DNA of 60,137 nt from positions 39,108,983 to 39,169,119 of the forward strand of contig JARDVH010000073.1 in the NCBI GenBank assembly GCA_030324005.1, read 5' to 3'. The notes beneath the pieces were generated by a model. That model had not been told where the DNA came from, did no database searches, and was given only the letters and a program-made list of their open reading frames with translations. Position 1 is the first letter of the stretch. The number at the start of each line of letters is the position of its first letter. This stretch comes from Negaprion brevirostris. Its lineage: Eukaryota. Below are positions 1 through 13,200 of the stretch, one piece after another. A program made the translations under genes and the position numbers.

Positions 1-69
1 AGATCATCTATATAAATGGTAAATAGCTGAGGCCCCAGCACCGATCCCTGGGGCACTCCACTAGTCACC
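1..69 (-). mobile_element. CR1-type LINE reverse transcriptase fragment
   Basis: Minus strand translates VTSGVPQGSVLGPQLFTIYIDD. Confidence 0.85.
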
Positions 70-74
70 AACTA

Positions 75-660
75 GTTGTACAAAAAGTTGTACAAGACAT
101 TGGTAAGGCCACACTTGGAATGTTGTGTACAGTTCTGATCATCCTATTATAGATAGGATATTATTAAACTAAAAAAATGTGCAGAAAAGATTTACTAGGA
201 TGCTACTGGGATTTGATAGTTTGAGTTATAACGAGAGGCTGGATAGGCTGGGACTTTTTCCTCTGGAGCATTGAAGGCTGAAAGGTGAAGTTATAGAGCT
301 TTATAAAATAATGAAGGGCATAGATCATTTAGATAGTCAATATCTTTTTTCAAAGGTAGGGGAGTCTAAAGCCAAAGGGCATAGATTTAAGATGAGGGAG
401 AGATAGAAAAGAGTCCAGAAGGCACTTTTTTCACACAGAGGGTGGAGAGTGTCTGGAACAAGCTGCCACATGTAGTAAAAGAGGCAGATACAATTTTGTC
501 TTTTAAAAAGCATTTAGACAGTTATATGAGTAAGATGGGTATAGAGAGATTGGGGCCAAAAGCAGAATTGGGACTAGCTTAGGGGTTTTAAAAAAAGGCA
601 GCATGGACAAGTTGGGCCAAAGGGCCTGTTTCTGTGCTGTAAACTTCTATGACTCTATAA
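75..660 (+). mobile_element. CR1-type LINE 3' end
   Basis: LYKTLVRPHLECCVQF* motif, decayed ORF2 C-terminus, ctatgactctat tail. Confidence 0.88.
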
Positions 661-1289
661 CCCCTTCATCCCAGGGACAGGACCAGAAACTATGGACTGA
701 GGCTTCTCTTGCTTGGGAGCCTCTTATCCCCCACCTCTACAATTAAGTGGAGCCAGTTGACATGTAGCCATTTCTTTAAACTGGGATGTGTACCATCATC
801 AGTTGAAGCCAAGTGGATTGATGCAACTTCAGCAGCTTAAAAGAATTGCCTGTGGGGAACCACTGAATAAATTTGTTGCCACAGGCACAAAAATGTGTGA
901 TCTTAATTTACAATGAGTATGTTGTGAAGATTACCATATTCATTGATTTTTATCTGAAATGTGCATTTTAAGTCATAACTGGAAATATTTTTGCATGTCA
1001 TCCATTCGCATTTGCAACACAGCATTCTCAGTGATTCAGAACAACTTATTTCAAGCTGGCCTATTCTATATCCCATTGTGATCTCCTGCATATAAATATC
1101 ATGGTTGCTGGACAAAGAAACCCATTGGGATTTCAGAACTGAAGTTCTTACCATTCTCATGTTCAATAGCAACCCTTCCCAACCATCTTCTTGGCCAAGC
1201 TTTTGGACCTTCTCCCTCTCAGTGACAGTCCTTCTAGATTCCTCCTGCTCAGAATTGTAGAAACTCATTATGTGCTGCACCTGCATAAT

Positions 1290-1920
1290 TACTGCAAAAG
1301 GACTGGAGTATAATATTAGAGAAATGTTGTTGCAATTGTAGAACGTGTTGGTGAGACTACATCTGGAATAGTGTGTCCTGTTTTGGTTTGCTTATTTGAG
1401 GAAGGATTTGGTAGCATTGGAGACAGTTCAGAGATAGTTTACCAGCTTGATACCAGTGATGAAGGGTGGACGTACGAGGAGAAATTAAACAGTTTGGGGT
1501 TATGCTCACTGGTGTTTAGAAGAACGGAGGGGATCTGATCGAGGTATATAAAATTTTAAAAAGAGATTAATATAGACCAAATGTTTCTTCTTATGGGGCA
1601 ATCTTGAACAAGAGATCACACGTATAAGTTGCGAGATTGTAGATTTAAAACTGAGATGAGGAAGAACTACTTCTTGTAGAGGTTAGTGGATTTGTGGAAC
1701 TCACTGCCCCATAGCATGGTGGAGTCTGAATCATTGAATGGTTTCAAGAGGGAGATAAGACGTATTTTTAATGAAAAAAGGAGACGACGGATTATGGGGA
1801 ACAGATGGGGAGGTGGACTTGAGACCAGAGGGAGATCAGCCATGATCTAACTGCATAACGGAGCAGGTGCGAAGGGCTGAATTAGCCTGCTTCTGCTCCT
1901 AATTCCTATGTTCCTATGTA
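1290..1920 (+). mobile_element. CR1-type LINE 3' end
   Basis: ttggtgagactacatctggaatagtgtgtcctgttttgg (LVRxHLEY-type motif), ttcctatgttcctatg tail. Confidence 0.85.
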
Positions 1921-2579
1921 ACATACCACTTGAAAACTCACTTGCAGCAAGTGTTCAGGAGATGGAAATCTGGAGGGTGCATAAAGAGTCAAGGAGCAGA
2001 TGGAGATCAGGATGCTTGGCTATCTCGCAGATTTGAGGGCATCTGAAAATGTGGTACTGGGGACAGAGAAGCTCAAACATTGCATCAGGAAACTGAGGCA
2101 GGATGTAGGGTACAGCTATTAAGTCAACAGAGGCATGCGCTTTACCTTGTACTCCAGGTTTGAAGACAGCCCTTACCATGTCTTCCACCTCGACAACAAA
2201 CCTGCCAGTAATCCTCAATAAACGCAACTCTCCTCATATGAGGCAAACAAGAAAGGGGGACTGGGAAAAGTAGTGCATCCAGCTCAGCTGATGATTGCTA
2301 CTGTTCAAAGCAGCCAATTAACAGGCTACTTGGCCAAGGATTGCTGTTCTTCCAGCAATATGGAAAATATTTGCTTGCACCTGGGTCCTCTTAGGACAAA
2401 GGCCTCAGTATTTTGAACCCCTTCTCCATCACAAGAATCAGACCATTTAATCTTCTCTGAACTACTTCTAATGCAAACATACCCTTCAATTATGACTAAG
2501 ACTGAACAGAGTGCAGCACCACCAATGACATGTACAGCCAAAGGAAGACTCCCCTGCTTATATGCTCCATCCACCTTGC

Positions 2580-3510
2580 AAAAAAGACCATTTCATTTGC
2601 CTTCCTAATGCCAACATTGTGATTCATGTTGAAGGATGCCAAGATCCCTCTGTGTTGGCAGCTTTCTGCATTCTCTCCCCATTTAAATATTATTCTGCTT
2701 TTTTGTAATCCCTGCCAAAATAAACAACCTCAGTTTACTACATTATACTCCATGTGTCAATATTTTGTACAGTGACTTAACCTACATATATCCTTTTGCA
2801 AATTATTTGGATTCTCTTAACTTGTATTCCTACCTTTATCATCAGCAAATTTGTCTACAATACACTTGGTTCCTTCATCTAAGTCATTAATATTGATCAT
2901 AAATAGTTGACACCCCACTGATCCATGCAGCACTTCAGTTAGTTTGCCAACATAAAAATGAACCCATTTATCCTAACTCTCTTTCCTGTTAGCCAATCCC
3001 CTTTCCATGCTAATTATCACCCCAACACATGAGCTCTTATATTGTGGAGTACTCTTATGTGGCACCTTATGAAATGCCTTCTGGAAATCCCAATACACTA
3101 CATCTGCTGGTACCCCTTTATCCACCCTACTCATTGCATCTCAAAGAACTTGAGTAAATTTGTCGGACACTATTTTCCTTTCACAAAACCATGTTGGCTC
3201 TACCGGATAGAGAATTGTAAAACTAAGTGCCCCTGCTACCACCCTTAATAATGGATTCTAGCATTTTCCCAGCACAAATGTTTGACAACCCGCCTGTGGT
3301 TTCTTGCTTTCTATCTCCCCTCCTTTCAAACCAGTTTCTTGTTTCTGACTTCCTCCCTGTTTGAACAGCAATGTTACATTTGCAGTTTACCAGCCTGTAG
3401 GGTCCATCCCAGGTTCTAGGAAATTCTAAAATACAATAACCGATGCATTGAATATCTCTGCAGCCACTTAAGATCCTGTGATGTAGGCTATTAGGTCCAT
3501 GGGACTCATC
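2580..3510 (-). mobile_element. Decayed CR1-type LINE ORF2 fragment
   Basis: GKMLESIIK in ORF 3223..3708; tcatcagcaaattt (KFADD on minus). Confidence 0.7.
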
Positions 3511-3899
3511 AGCTAAGGTAAAAAACAGAGCAACAAACGTATTAATCTTTAGATTATTACCTGAGCCAGAAGTGAATTGGCATAAGATAAAATCATAAAG
3601 TTTAGAGATGTGGGTCAAAGACTGGTGTGGGAGAAATGGATTTTGATTAATGGGGACTGACATCAGTACCAGGGAAAAGAAAAGCTTTACCGTTGGAATG
3701 GACTTCACCTGAGCTACACTGGGGTCACTTCCCAGTGAATTGTGTATCTTGGGCTATTGAGAGGGCTTTAAATAGCAGAGAAGGGAGGGTTGCTTTGTGA
3801 GAAAATTTGGAAAGCTAGACTAAGGACAAGGCAACAGTGCAGGATAGCGATGAGGGTAATAGTGTGACAGTAAGGGACGGTGTACATACTTGAGTGTAC

Positions 3900-5500
3900 C
3901 AGCAAATAAGGTCAGAGTAGGGCAAAATTATAAAATTAAAGATTGTTTTATCTGAATGCATGTAGTGTGTGTGACAAGATAGGTGAATTGATAGCACAAA
4001 ATGAGATATGGTTGCAAAGTGATGATGGCCAGGACCTGAATATTCATGAGTATTTGTCATTTTGAAGGACAAAGGAAAAGGTGGGTTGGCTTTGTTAATA
4101 GAAAGATGGTATCAGCACAGTGGTGAGAAGTGATCTTGATTTCGAGGGACAAAATAAGAAATAGAACAGGGAAGAAATCACTGGAGGATATTACATTAGC
4201 TACACTATAGGGCAGAACATAAATCAAGAAATAATGGGGCCTTGTAAGAAAGGTACTTCAAAATTCATGGGATATTTTGATCATATAATTTGGATGAATC
4301 AAATAGGCAAAAGAAGCCTGAAGGATGAGTTCAGAGAGTATATTCGGGACAATTTCTTCGAACAATACATTCTGGAACCCACCATGTAGCATGCTATCTT
4401 GCATCTGGTAATATGCAATGTGACGGATTAATTAATGACCTCACAGTAAAGGATCCTTTAGGTAAGAGGGATTATAACATGATTGAATTTTACTTTGTTT
4501 GAAGGTGAGAAATTTGGATCTGAAATTAGTATCTAAAATTTTAAAAAAGACAATTACAAGGTTATGAAGACAGCAGGGTGAAGTGTAAGGGGAAAATGAG
4601 TTGGAGGTATAAAAATGCAGTAGCAAACATTGAAGGAGANNNNNNNNNNNNNNNNNNNNNNNNNNNNNNNNNNNNNNNNNNNNNNNNNNNNNNNNNNNNN
4701 NNNNNNNNNNNNNNNNNNNNNNNNNNNNNNNNNNNNNNNNNNNNNNNNNNNNNNNNNNNNNNNNNNNNNNNNNNNNNNNNNNNNNNNNNNNNNNNNNNNN
4801 NNNNNNNNNNNNNNNNNNNNNNNNNNNNNNNNNNNNNNNNNNNNNNNNNNNNNNNNNNNNNNNNNNNNNNNNNNNNNNNNNNNNNNNNNNNNNNNNNNNN
4901 NNNNNNNNNNNNNNNNNNNNNNNNNNNNNNNNNNNNNNNNNNNNNNNNNNNNNNNNNNNNNNNNNNNNNNNNNNNNNNNNNNNNNNNNNNNNNNNNNNNN
5001 NNNNNNNNNNNNNNNNNNNNNNNNNNNNNNNNNNNNNNNNNNNNNNNNNNNNNNNNNNNNNNNNNNNNNNNNNNNNNNNNNNNNNNNNNNNNNNNNNNNN
5101 NNNNNNNNNNNNNNNNNNNNNNNNNNNNNNNNNNNNNNNNNNNNNNNNNNNNNNNNNNNNNNNNNNNNNNNNNNNNNNNNNNNNNNNNNNNNNNNNNNNN
5201 NNNNNNNNNNNNNNNNNNNNNNNNNNNNNNNNNNNNNNNNNNNNNNNNNNNNNNNNNNNNNNNNNNNNNNNNNNNNNNNNNNNNNNNNNNNNNNNNNNNN
5301 NNNNNNNNNNNNNNNNNNNNNNNNNNNNNNNNNNNNNNNNNNNNNNNNNNNNNNNNNNNNNNNNNNNNNNNNNNNNNNNNNNNNNNNNNNNNNNNNNNNN
5401 NNNNNNNNNNNNNNNNNNNNNNNNNNNNATGATCTTATTGAATGGCGGGGCAGGCTCGAAGGGCTAGATGGCCTACTCCTGCTCCTATTTCTTATGTTCT
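3900..5500 (+). mobile_element. Decayed CR1-type LINE (endonuclease region, assembly gap 4640-5428, then a 3' tail)
   Basis: APE-like remnants before the gap; ggcctactcctgctcctatttcttatgttct tail after it; continuity across the gap not shown. Confidence 0.6.
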
Positions 5501-6019
5501 TTTAACTTTTCTCTCGGGGATGTACTGTAGTGTTTGAAGCTCGGAGTCCAGTTCATCAACTTGGAGCCAAAAATCAAGTTGTAGATATTTAGAACGGATC
5601 ACATTGGTTTTCACCTGCACAGCCATCTTGGTATTTAACTAGTTAGGTTTCAAGTTTAGATTATCACTCACCCATTCTCTATTGTTGGAACAAATAATTT
5701 TACATAATTTAATGCAATATTTATTATTCCCCACTACAAGTTTAAACAATGCCTCACCTAGACAGATAAAACTTTAAAAACCTCACAAAGACCCACCTAT
5801 TCATCTACTTAAACCCTTGAACACTCAGCTTTTGAAGGCTGAAAAGATAGAAATTGCAGCATCTCTTTGCACCAAATTCCCAAGATCATAGCTGGGCGTT
5901 CACCACATCCAGTGCTCCCATACAAATCTGATGACTTGGTATTGATTTTAACAACAAAATAGCAAGATTCAGAAGCAACTCAAAAATGACAGAATCTTGG
6001 TCAGATTAGTGAAGTGCAT

Positions 6020-6350
6020 AGAAAATGAAGCCAAGTGTAGAGTATTGCACTCTGGAAGGAGACAGATGTATATGCAGACTTCATGAATGGCGCTTGAGCA
6101 GTTGAAGGAGACCTAGGATCCTAGCAAACTCCACACTAAGCATAATTAACAAACGTTGAAGTGCATAACCAATAGGAGTGGTGGAAACAATAGCTCGCAA
6201 AAGGGAATTGGATACATTGAACAATCTTCAAAACAGTTGTGGAGGTGGAAAACCTGGAAACATTTAAGGAACAATTGAATGCTTCAATAGGATAATTTTA
6301 GGGATTTTCTGGATGGAAGAATCAAGTGGATTCAAAGGCCTCTGTCATGT
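6020..6350 (+). mobile_element. Highly decayed CR1-type LINE fragment
   Basis: aagtgtagagtattgcactctggaagg (KCxVLHxGR) motif. Confidence 0.5.
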
Positions 6351-6659
6351 GTAATTGTGAAGTGTGATTATTTTGGACAGAATTTTTACTTTCTTGAGAA
6401 AAGACAAATTCAACTGACTATTCCATTATAAGCAACACCAAATGTCATCAGTAACAAAACTTACAGCTCAATGAGTTCATAAATTGACTTTCAGTTGTGT
6501 TGATCAGTTATTGGTCCTTCACACATGTTGATTAGTGTAGTTCTTTCATCACTGGCACTGAACCCTCCACAAAGGCCTCCAGAACTAAAATTAATAAAAA
6601 CAAAACTCAGGTCATCCAGATTGGATGGATTTTTATTTGTGTGAGAAAGATACAGAGAG

Positions 6660-9600
6660 ATTTGTGTTGCAATTTTAATTATTTTTATTTGAATGATTTC
6701 AGTTAATAATCTACAAAGAAAGTAACAAATTTCAGCGCAAAGCGCAATCTTACACGTAGCTCAACACCCTTATTTAGTGCAAACATACAATTCATGTTGC
6801 AAATGATCCCCACATTTCTTTACAGTGTATAATGTTAAATAATGAAAGGAGACCTCCAGGACAGAGCAACAGAAAAGTCAGTCATTTCAAGATTGCAATT
6901 TGCGTGGGAAGGAGGGAAGGTATCAAGAGTATCACATAAAATAATTTAACACTAGTCAGTAGCATTTATAACATTTGTACATTTTTTTTAAACTGCTTTC
7001 CACAGGAGGGAAATAGCAAATGGATTCATTTTTGCACGATGTTAAAAAGCCTGAAACAAGAGAGGGGAGAATTGTGTGCTGCACCCTAGTTTAAAATAAA
7101 TCAAGACAGATGCTGTTTGCTTTTTATGTTGAATGATATTAATTCTCAACTACAGAGCAACACAATGCAGAATACATCAACTGCATAAGATTATGCATCC
7201 CACCACGCAAGAATAGCATACATATAGTGAAGTAACNNNNNNNNNNNNNTTAAACAGGAACCAAAAACAAACATTAAGTAAACGAACAGCACGTCTCCAA
7301 CAAAAATCCCAGCACTAATTATTGCATATCATTTCACAGCCACCTCCACTTACATTTTGGAGAAGGGAAGTAATAGTGTATGGAGAAATAGGAGGAAAAC
7401 AAGCACTGAGAAACTTAAGTTAAGCATTCTTGAGTTTTCTCCTCAAGCCCATGCAAATGGCATAAAAATTCACAGAACATCTAGGATTTATCTGAGAGGT
7501 CAGGTAACCCCAACCAATATCTAAAAAGCTACTTACTACTAAAATAAAATGCAATGCATTTGTGTGGAGTTTTCACAGTTTATTGCAGTCTAAGGAGTAA
7601 TACTGATTGCAGAACTTGCTTTTTCTTCTTCCTCAATTTTTCCTTTGTTTTAAACAAAGGAATCCACAACAGAGTAACATTGTGAAGCATAAGGTGGAAG
7701 ATATAGTTAAAGCAGGTGCTGAAACGGTCCCCATACCAGTTCAATTTTTATTAAAAGGGAAGCAAGACAAAAAGAGAAATAAAAGTTTTTCATTATCATG
7801 CCTATCTGCCTAAAATAAAAGTAAAACCCCCAGCAGGTCGCACAGAAATACCATGACACTTTCAACCATCAATAATATTACACAATAATTCTTTCTGATT
7901 CTTTTTAAACAAAGCCTTGTGAAAGACATAAGTGTGCTCTTCATAACAGGTAATTTGTACAAAGGAACTCTTCTTTCAATGCATGCTTTTCTTAAAAGTT
8001 TGCACATTTCAAACAAGAGCTTTTGGAACAATTTGCTGTTGTATTTCTACTTCTACAAATTCAACTTCTAAGCTTCCCAACTCAGTTCAATATTGTTTAA
8101 GGCTCACATATTAGCAACAGTCTACAACAGATGCTGCAGTCGCAATTTTTAAGTTCCTTGAATTGTTGCAACAGTTACAGCAGAACTAACCATTCATTTA
8201 TATTGATTTTATTAAATAAATGGTGCAACCTTCCTCAATTTTACTTAAACTAAATAAAATAAAGTGCTGACCTGCATTTTGTAACAATATATGCAGGGTT
8301 TAACAGTTCTTTGATAAAGTCAGAGAACTGAAACATGAAAAAAAAACAACCTTCACATCCAAATGTTAAGTTATATTTGTCCTTTTATTCTCTACATCAA
8401 TAAAAACTGCAAAAAAAATTCCCTCAATCAGTTCCTTACCAATTACTTTTCTGCAAATACCTGGTGAAACAAAAATTAAACTTGCCTAGTTTGGGTGGAA
8501 ATGTGAAACAAGGGAAAGGAAAATATCCTTCTTGGGGCAAGAAAGAAGGCACAGTATCAGATTTAAATAGTTATTCTTCGAGGAAAGAAAGTTATGACAA
8601 AAGACTTTATAAAACCTGTTTTTTCATGAAGTGAAAACTGTAAAGAAAAATGCAGATTTTATATCAATGCAGTCTTAAAATTTGTATTTATTTCAATTCA
8701 TGTACTTGTTCTAAAGATGGCTATTACTGGATATAAAATATGGACAGTTGAGAATTTCTGTTCCGATATCAGGTTGACATATTAGAATGTCGGAAAGGTT
8801 TTCCTGTAACTTACTTACTAGGTTTGCTACTTAATTTTTCATATTTCCCACTCATCCAGGTTCACAACATTTCTGGTGGTTTGTTTTGTACGTTCCATTA
8901 ATAGTGACCACCTCCAACTCCAAAAGTAGGTTGCATTAGAGTTAATGAAGTAAAAAAAAAGTGGATAAACCACAATTATAAATTACATTCAAAAATATTA
9001 ATGGTAGATACATTGCAGAATCAAATTTTCTTCACAGATTCAGTATTTCATGAAGGAAAATGTTTGGCTTACAGAAGATGCTGCTTTTAATATGTACCAG
9101 CAAGCTTTATAGGAATAACTCCTCTTATCTACAACACATTTCTGGAAGTAACAGCATTTTCTGAATATCCTGGAAAATACAGACCCTGAATCTACAGAAG
9201 AAAATATTAACAATTAATATTTTAGCCTTAAATGACTCCATATTTTTAGTAATTAAAAGGCTAAAACTTGAGGGGGAAGGACAAAAAGACCAGAAAAGAT
9301 TTACAGAATGAATGTATTTCAAATCACTGAACGACATCAGCTCTGCTGAAGAACAAGTATGCACTATCCACTTTACCACAACTCCACCTTTCACTTGCTC
9401 TTTTCCTCTTTATTTTCTCGGTTGGGGACACTAAGTGCTTTCCTGCAGACAAGTCAGAAGCACAATACAAGGCACTATGAATCCAGCAAGCATACTGGGA
9501 AAAAAGGTATTCAAGTACATTTATACAATTTTACATTCACATTTATTTACCTAATACAATGAAGTAACAAAGGAATTAAAGTGTCTCTGATAAGTATGGA

Positions 9601-9925
9601 TTATAGCTAGCTTTAGTTTTTTTGTTTTTTTTTTAAACGTTAAACCCTCTAAATCCACTTTTAACTACTGTTGTCCAACAACATTTATATATCACAGTGT
9701 TTGAACATCAAAAACTGATGGGTAAATATATGTCCACACAGAACGCTGTTTGAAACAGAACTAGTAAAATAGCTCTCAAATGATGCTGTGTATATAAAAG
9801 CAGTGTCAGTCATTTGTATGTTTTAAAGCTCTATGACCTATCCCCAGTAACATCAGCAGAGGCCATTAAATCTTGAATTCCACTTAGTCTATTCATCACA
9901 ATTATCAAGAACTAGAACTGTACAT
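6660..9925 (-). other. WNK1: WNK1 3' UTR (about 3.2 kb, distal end inferred)
   Basis: AU-rich, no recognisable repeats, follows the stop codon; AATAAA at 6684-6689 followed by U-rich sequence; LINE relics resume below about 6350. Confidence 0.65.
6684..6689 (-). promoter_or_regulatory. Probable distal polyadenylation signal AATAAA
   Basis: Plus-strand tttatt; downstream on minus strand tctctctgtatctttctc and gttttgttttt; a second AATAAA at 6632-6637. Confidence 0.5.
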
Positions 9926-10246
9926 CTACGTTGTCCTAAGATTGGATCCAGGAGGATTGCTGACAGATTTCTGCAAAGTGCCCAAGGGAAAGCTCTGTAG
10001 TGAAGTGGTGCCAACTGCTTGAAACTGGAGGCCTGGTGTTGGTGGAATAATGCCTGGTTGCTGCTGGGGAGGTGCTCCAGTCCACTGGGTACCATAAGGT
10101 GTTCCAGGATAACCGTACTGGCAGATAGGAGTCTTGCTGAAAGGGCCCAAAGAGCCAACTGAGGCAGCAGAAATAGAAGGTCCCCCAACGGAGTTTGTCA
10201 TGGAGATACAAAGCTGACCTGGTGCTGAATACTTCCTTGGCATTGT
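9926..10246 (-). CDS. WNK1: WNK1 terminal exon 28, coding part, [17 protein letters not shown]...[16 protein letters not shown]
   Basis: attacag acceptor; stop TAG at 9926-9928; WNK1-specific C-terminus. Confidence 0.96.
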   Translation of the reverse strand, partial: TMPRKYSAPGQLCISMTNSVGGPSISAASVGSLGPFSKTPICQYGYPGTPYGTQWTGAPPQQQPGIIPPTPGLQFQAVGTTSLQSFPLGTLQKSVSNPPGSNLRTT

Positions 10247-13200
10247 CTGTAATTTTTAAAAAATAAACAAACACTATTAGTCCAATAGAAACAGAACTGA
10301 CAATGACAATGCAATAACAGAAGTTGCCCATCGCAACTATCCCTCTTTTACCCCTCAAAGTAATTCTGCCACTTTTAACTGACTGTTCAATTGACATAAA
10401 CTCTCAGCCTCTTTTCTGTGACATGAACACTTTCTCCTTAATCTTCAATTATGAATGTTTAATTAGAGACTCATAAGATGTATGAACCTAAATGTATCAA
10501 ATATTTTGCTGGCATATTTCTATGTACTGCCCATCATTTGACACAATTCCAAACAGAAATAGGCAGCAAAGTTGAAAAATCAATGGCACTGTTTGCAGAA
10601 CAGGCTGTTCAAATTACAACCAATAGTGTAGAGTTTTTACCTCACACTATGTAATGAAAAACAGAACAACTGGTCATGCATCACAATACTGTTAGATCTT
10701 GCTATGCACAAAATGCTACCATATTTACTATATAATGATTACAAAAAACGTTTAAAATTCTAATGCCATGAGAAGAAATTTCAGCAATGTGATAATGTTT
10801 ACACAATGTGCTTTATTTAAGTATTGATATTTTAGAAAGGGAATCTGTGGTGTAGGTTGCTTCATGGTGTCACTTAAAACACTTATAAGGTGGCACAAAG
10901 CTGAACATTCTAGAATTGAAAACTCATCTTAAAACTCAAGCAAAAAGCTCAATTTCTCCCTGCAGATTGTTCTGATCAGCAGTAAAATACTCAACATTTG
11001 ATTGAGCCAGATCATTTAAATACATTTTTAAAATCTGAGCCACAAAGAGGCAGATTCCTACTTACTTCAGAGTAATGCTGGCCTGGTTGACCCTGTTGCT
11101 TCATGCCACGCTTGTTCTGTGAAAGATTCATAGCATCTCGGGCCCAATTGTCCACTAACTTATGCAAATCATCTGTAAAGGTGCCTTTTCTACTTGCTAT
11201 TGCTGGCTGTTGTTGCTGAGCTATTGGTCCAACTCCACTTACTGCATTTGTGCTAGTTGTCCCTGGATAAATAGAAAAGCAAATAAAGTTGATTACAGAT
11301 TTGGCAGTGTATAGTTTTCAGTACAAGAGAAACAATGTAACTTACGATTTTAGTGATAATTGGATCCAACCTCTTATCACATATCTGTTTACTTATTCTC
11401 AATAAATTGAGAGCATAAAAACACCTAGGATTTATGAAGCAAAAGAATAGCAATACCCTCATCTTATTGTTACTCTTCATCTGAAGTTAATATTGAATTT
11501 ATCATCTTGGGAAATCTCTACATCGAAGGCACTATATAAATTGTTGCCAAGTTGAATCAACCAGAGAAAGGTGTCAATTTTCAAAAAATATCTTTAGAAA
11601 GTCATTCGTCTATGCATCTAAAGCAGCTGCAGAATGCTGTCCCTGAACAGAGCAGACACATTTGCCACAGATTCTTATTAACATGTATCTCACTTCAGCA
11701 TGCACAAGTACGATCCAAAACTGTTAGAAAAAATATTTGCTGCATACGTACGAGAAAGCAAATTAGTTTGAGTCATTTACTAAAGGCTTCATGCAGTGTT
11801 AATTTACTGTATTACAGGTTTCATAGACAGTGTTGAAGTCAAGTTGCATTTGTACATGCATAGCGTCTAAAGATCACAGATCCACATTCGCATTTTTAGC
11901 AGCTCTCAGAACATGCAAAAACCAAAGCTACCTTTACATCTAATTTTAGCATTATAGGTTCTGCAATCTGACAATTGCTCAGTTAGATTTGCAGGAAGGC
12001 AACTGCCAACTTTTGATCCAAAGTTCATGGAATATGTCACGACTGTATGATTTATAGTCTCGTGCTGCGTGAAGTTAATTATTTTGGTTTACGGGCTAAT
12101 GTTGATGGTATTTAATAAGGTTTACTCTCAAGCTAATGCACGGTTTTCAATTTGTGGCAAAAAATTTATTAATAGCCTTGTGATTACTAAAATATATTTG
12201 GAACCTAAAGTGTATCTAAGTATAATGTAAAGTATCCCTTTCAACTGAAAAAAAGCTTCTGAACATGGAGTCCCAAGTCTAGGCCCAGGGCCCATCAAGC
12301 ATTTACGTTTGAGCTTTTTCCGGGAGACCAGCTTTGCAGATCTACATTTCATAGAATTTGTAGCACAATACAGGCCATTTGTCCAAATGTCAAAATCGTT
12401 GCTGGATGTCATGTTGAACTTGCATAAGACATTAGTTGGACCTCATCTGTTGTAATGTGTCCAGTTCTAGGTGCCATTTTTGAGGAAGGATGTGAGGCAT
12501 TGGTGAGAGTACAGAGGAGATTGAATGATTCCAGAAATAAAGAATTGTGGCAATGAGAATAGACTGGAGGGGTTTTCCTTGGAGAAAATAAGGGTGAGTG
12601 GAGACTTGACAGAGGTATTCAAGATCCTGAGGGATATTAACAGGTAAATAGTGGGAAATTGCTCCCACTGAACATCAAGAACGGGAGGGGGGGGGGGGGG
12701 GNNNNNNNNNNGGAGGAATGGAAAGGGAATTGGATTGCTATTTGCAAAGAACGTGCAAGGTTATGGGGATATGCAGGGGAGTGGGACTAGGCAGAATGCT
12801 CTTCAGAGAGCCAGTGTGAACTCATTGAGCTGAATGGCCTCCTTCTGCACTTCTGGTTGTGTACAACAAGCCTTCTCTCTCACAACTTAATCTAACACTA
12901 TTAGCATATCTTTTCTTTCTTCCTTCTATATTTATCTAGTCTTCCCTTAAAACCATCAAATTTTCATAATGAATGAGTAAAGAGCACTTTCTAACTAAGA
13001 TTTGAAAAAAGTTAAGCTTTTAAAAAAATTCTAGCTTTCATTCCATATTTTCTGGTCTACATAAACAATTTGTTCTTCTACAAATTTTTCACCGTGCATA
13101 TCCTGTGCTAACACAAGGAATGTAGCCAGATTGAAAGATTCAATTTCTGACACTGCTTCAGTTGAAGTGCACAAAAGAATGTTGTTTTTGCAAAATTATT

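Noticed and set aside
903-2574. Minus-strand ORFs of 82-127 aa downstream of WNK1
   Set aside because: No recognisable domains or splice structure; lengths compatible with chance or decayed repeats
4578-5505. Long ORFs of 284-291 aa, and similar ones at 27133-27407, 54094-54546 and 57449-58194
   Set aside because: Artefacts of N runs translated as X
9936-10397. 153-aa alternative-frame ORF overlapping the terminal exon
   Set aside because: Starts in intron 27, has no recognisable homology and is explained by overlap with the real exon
12687-12711. Poly-G run next to a gap, and poly-C run at about 44704-44715, as G-quadruplex candidates
   Set aside because: Homopolymers inside decayed LINEs, one abutting a gap, so length and function cannot be trusted
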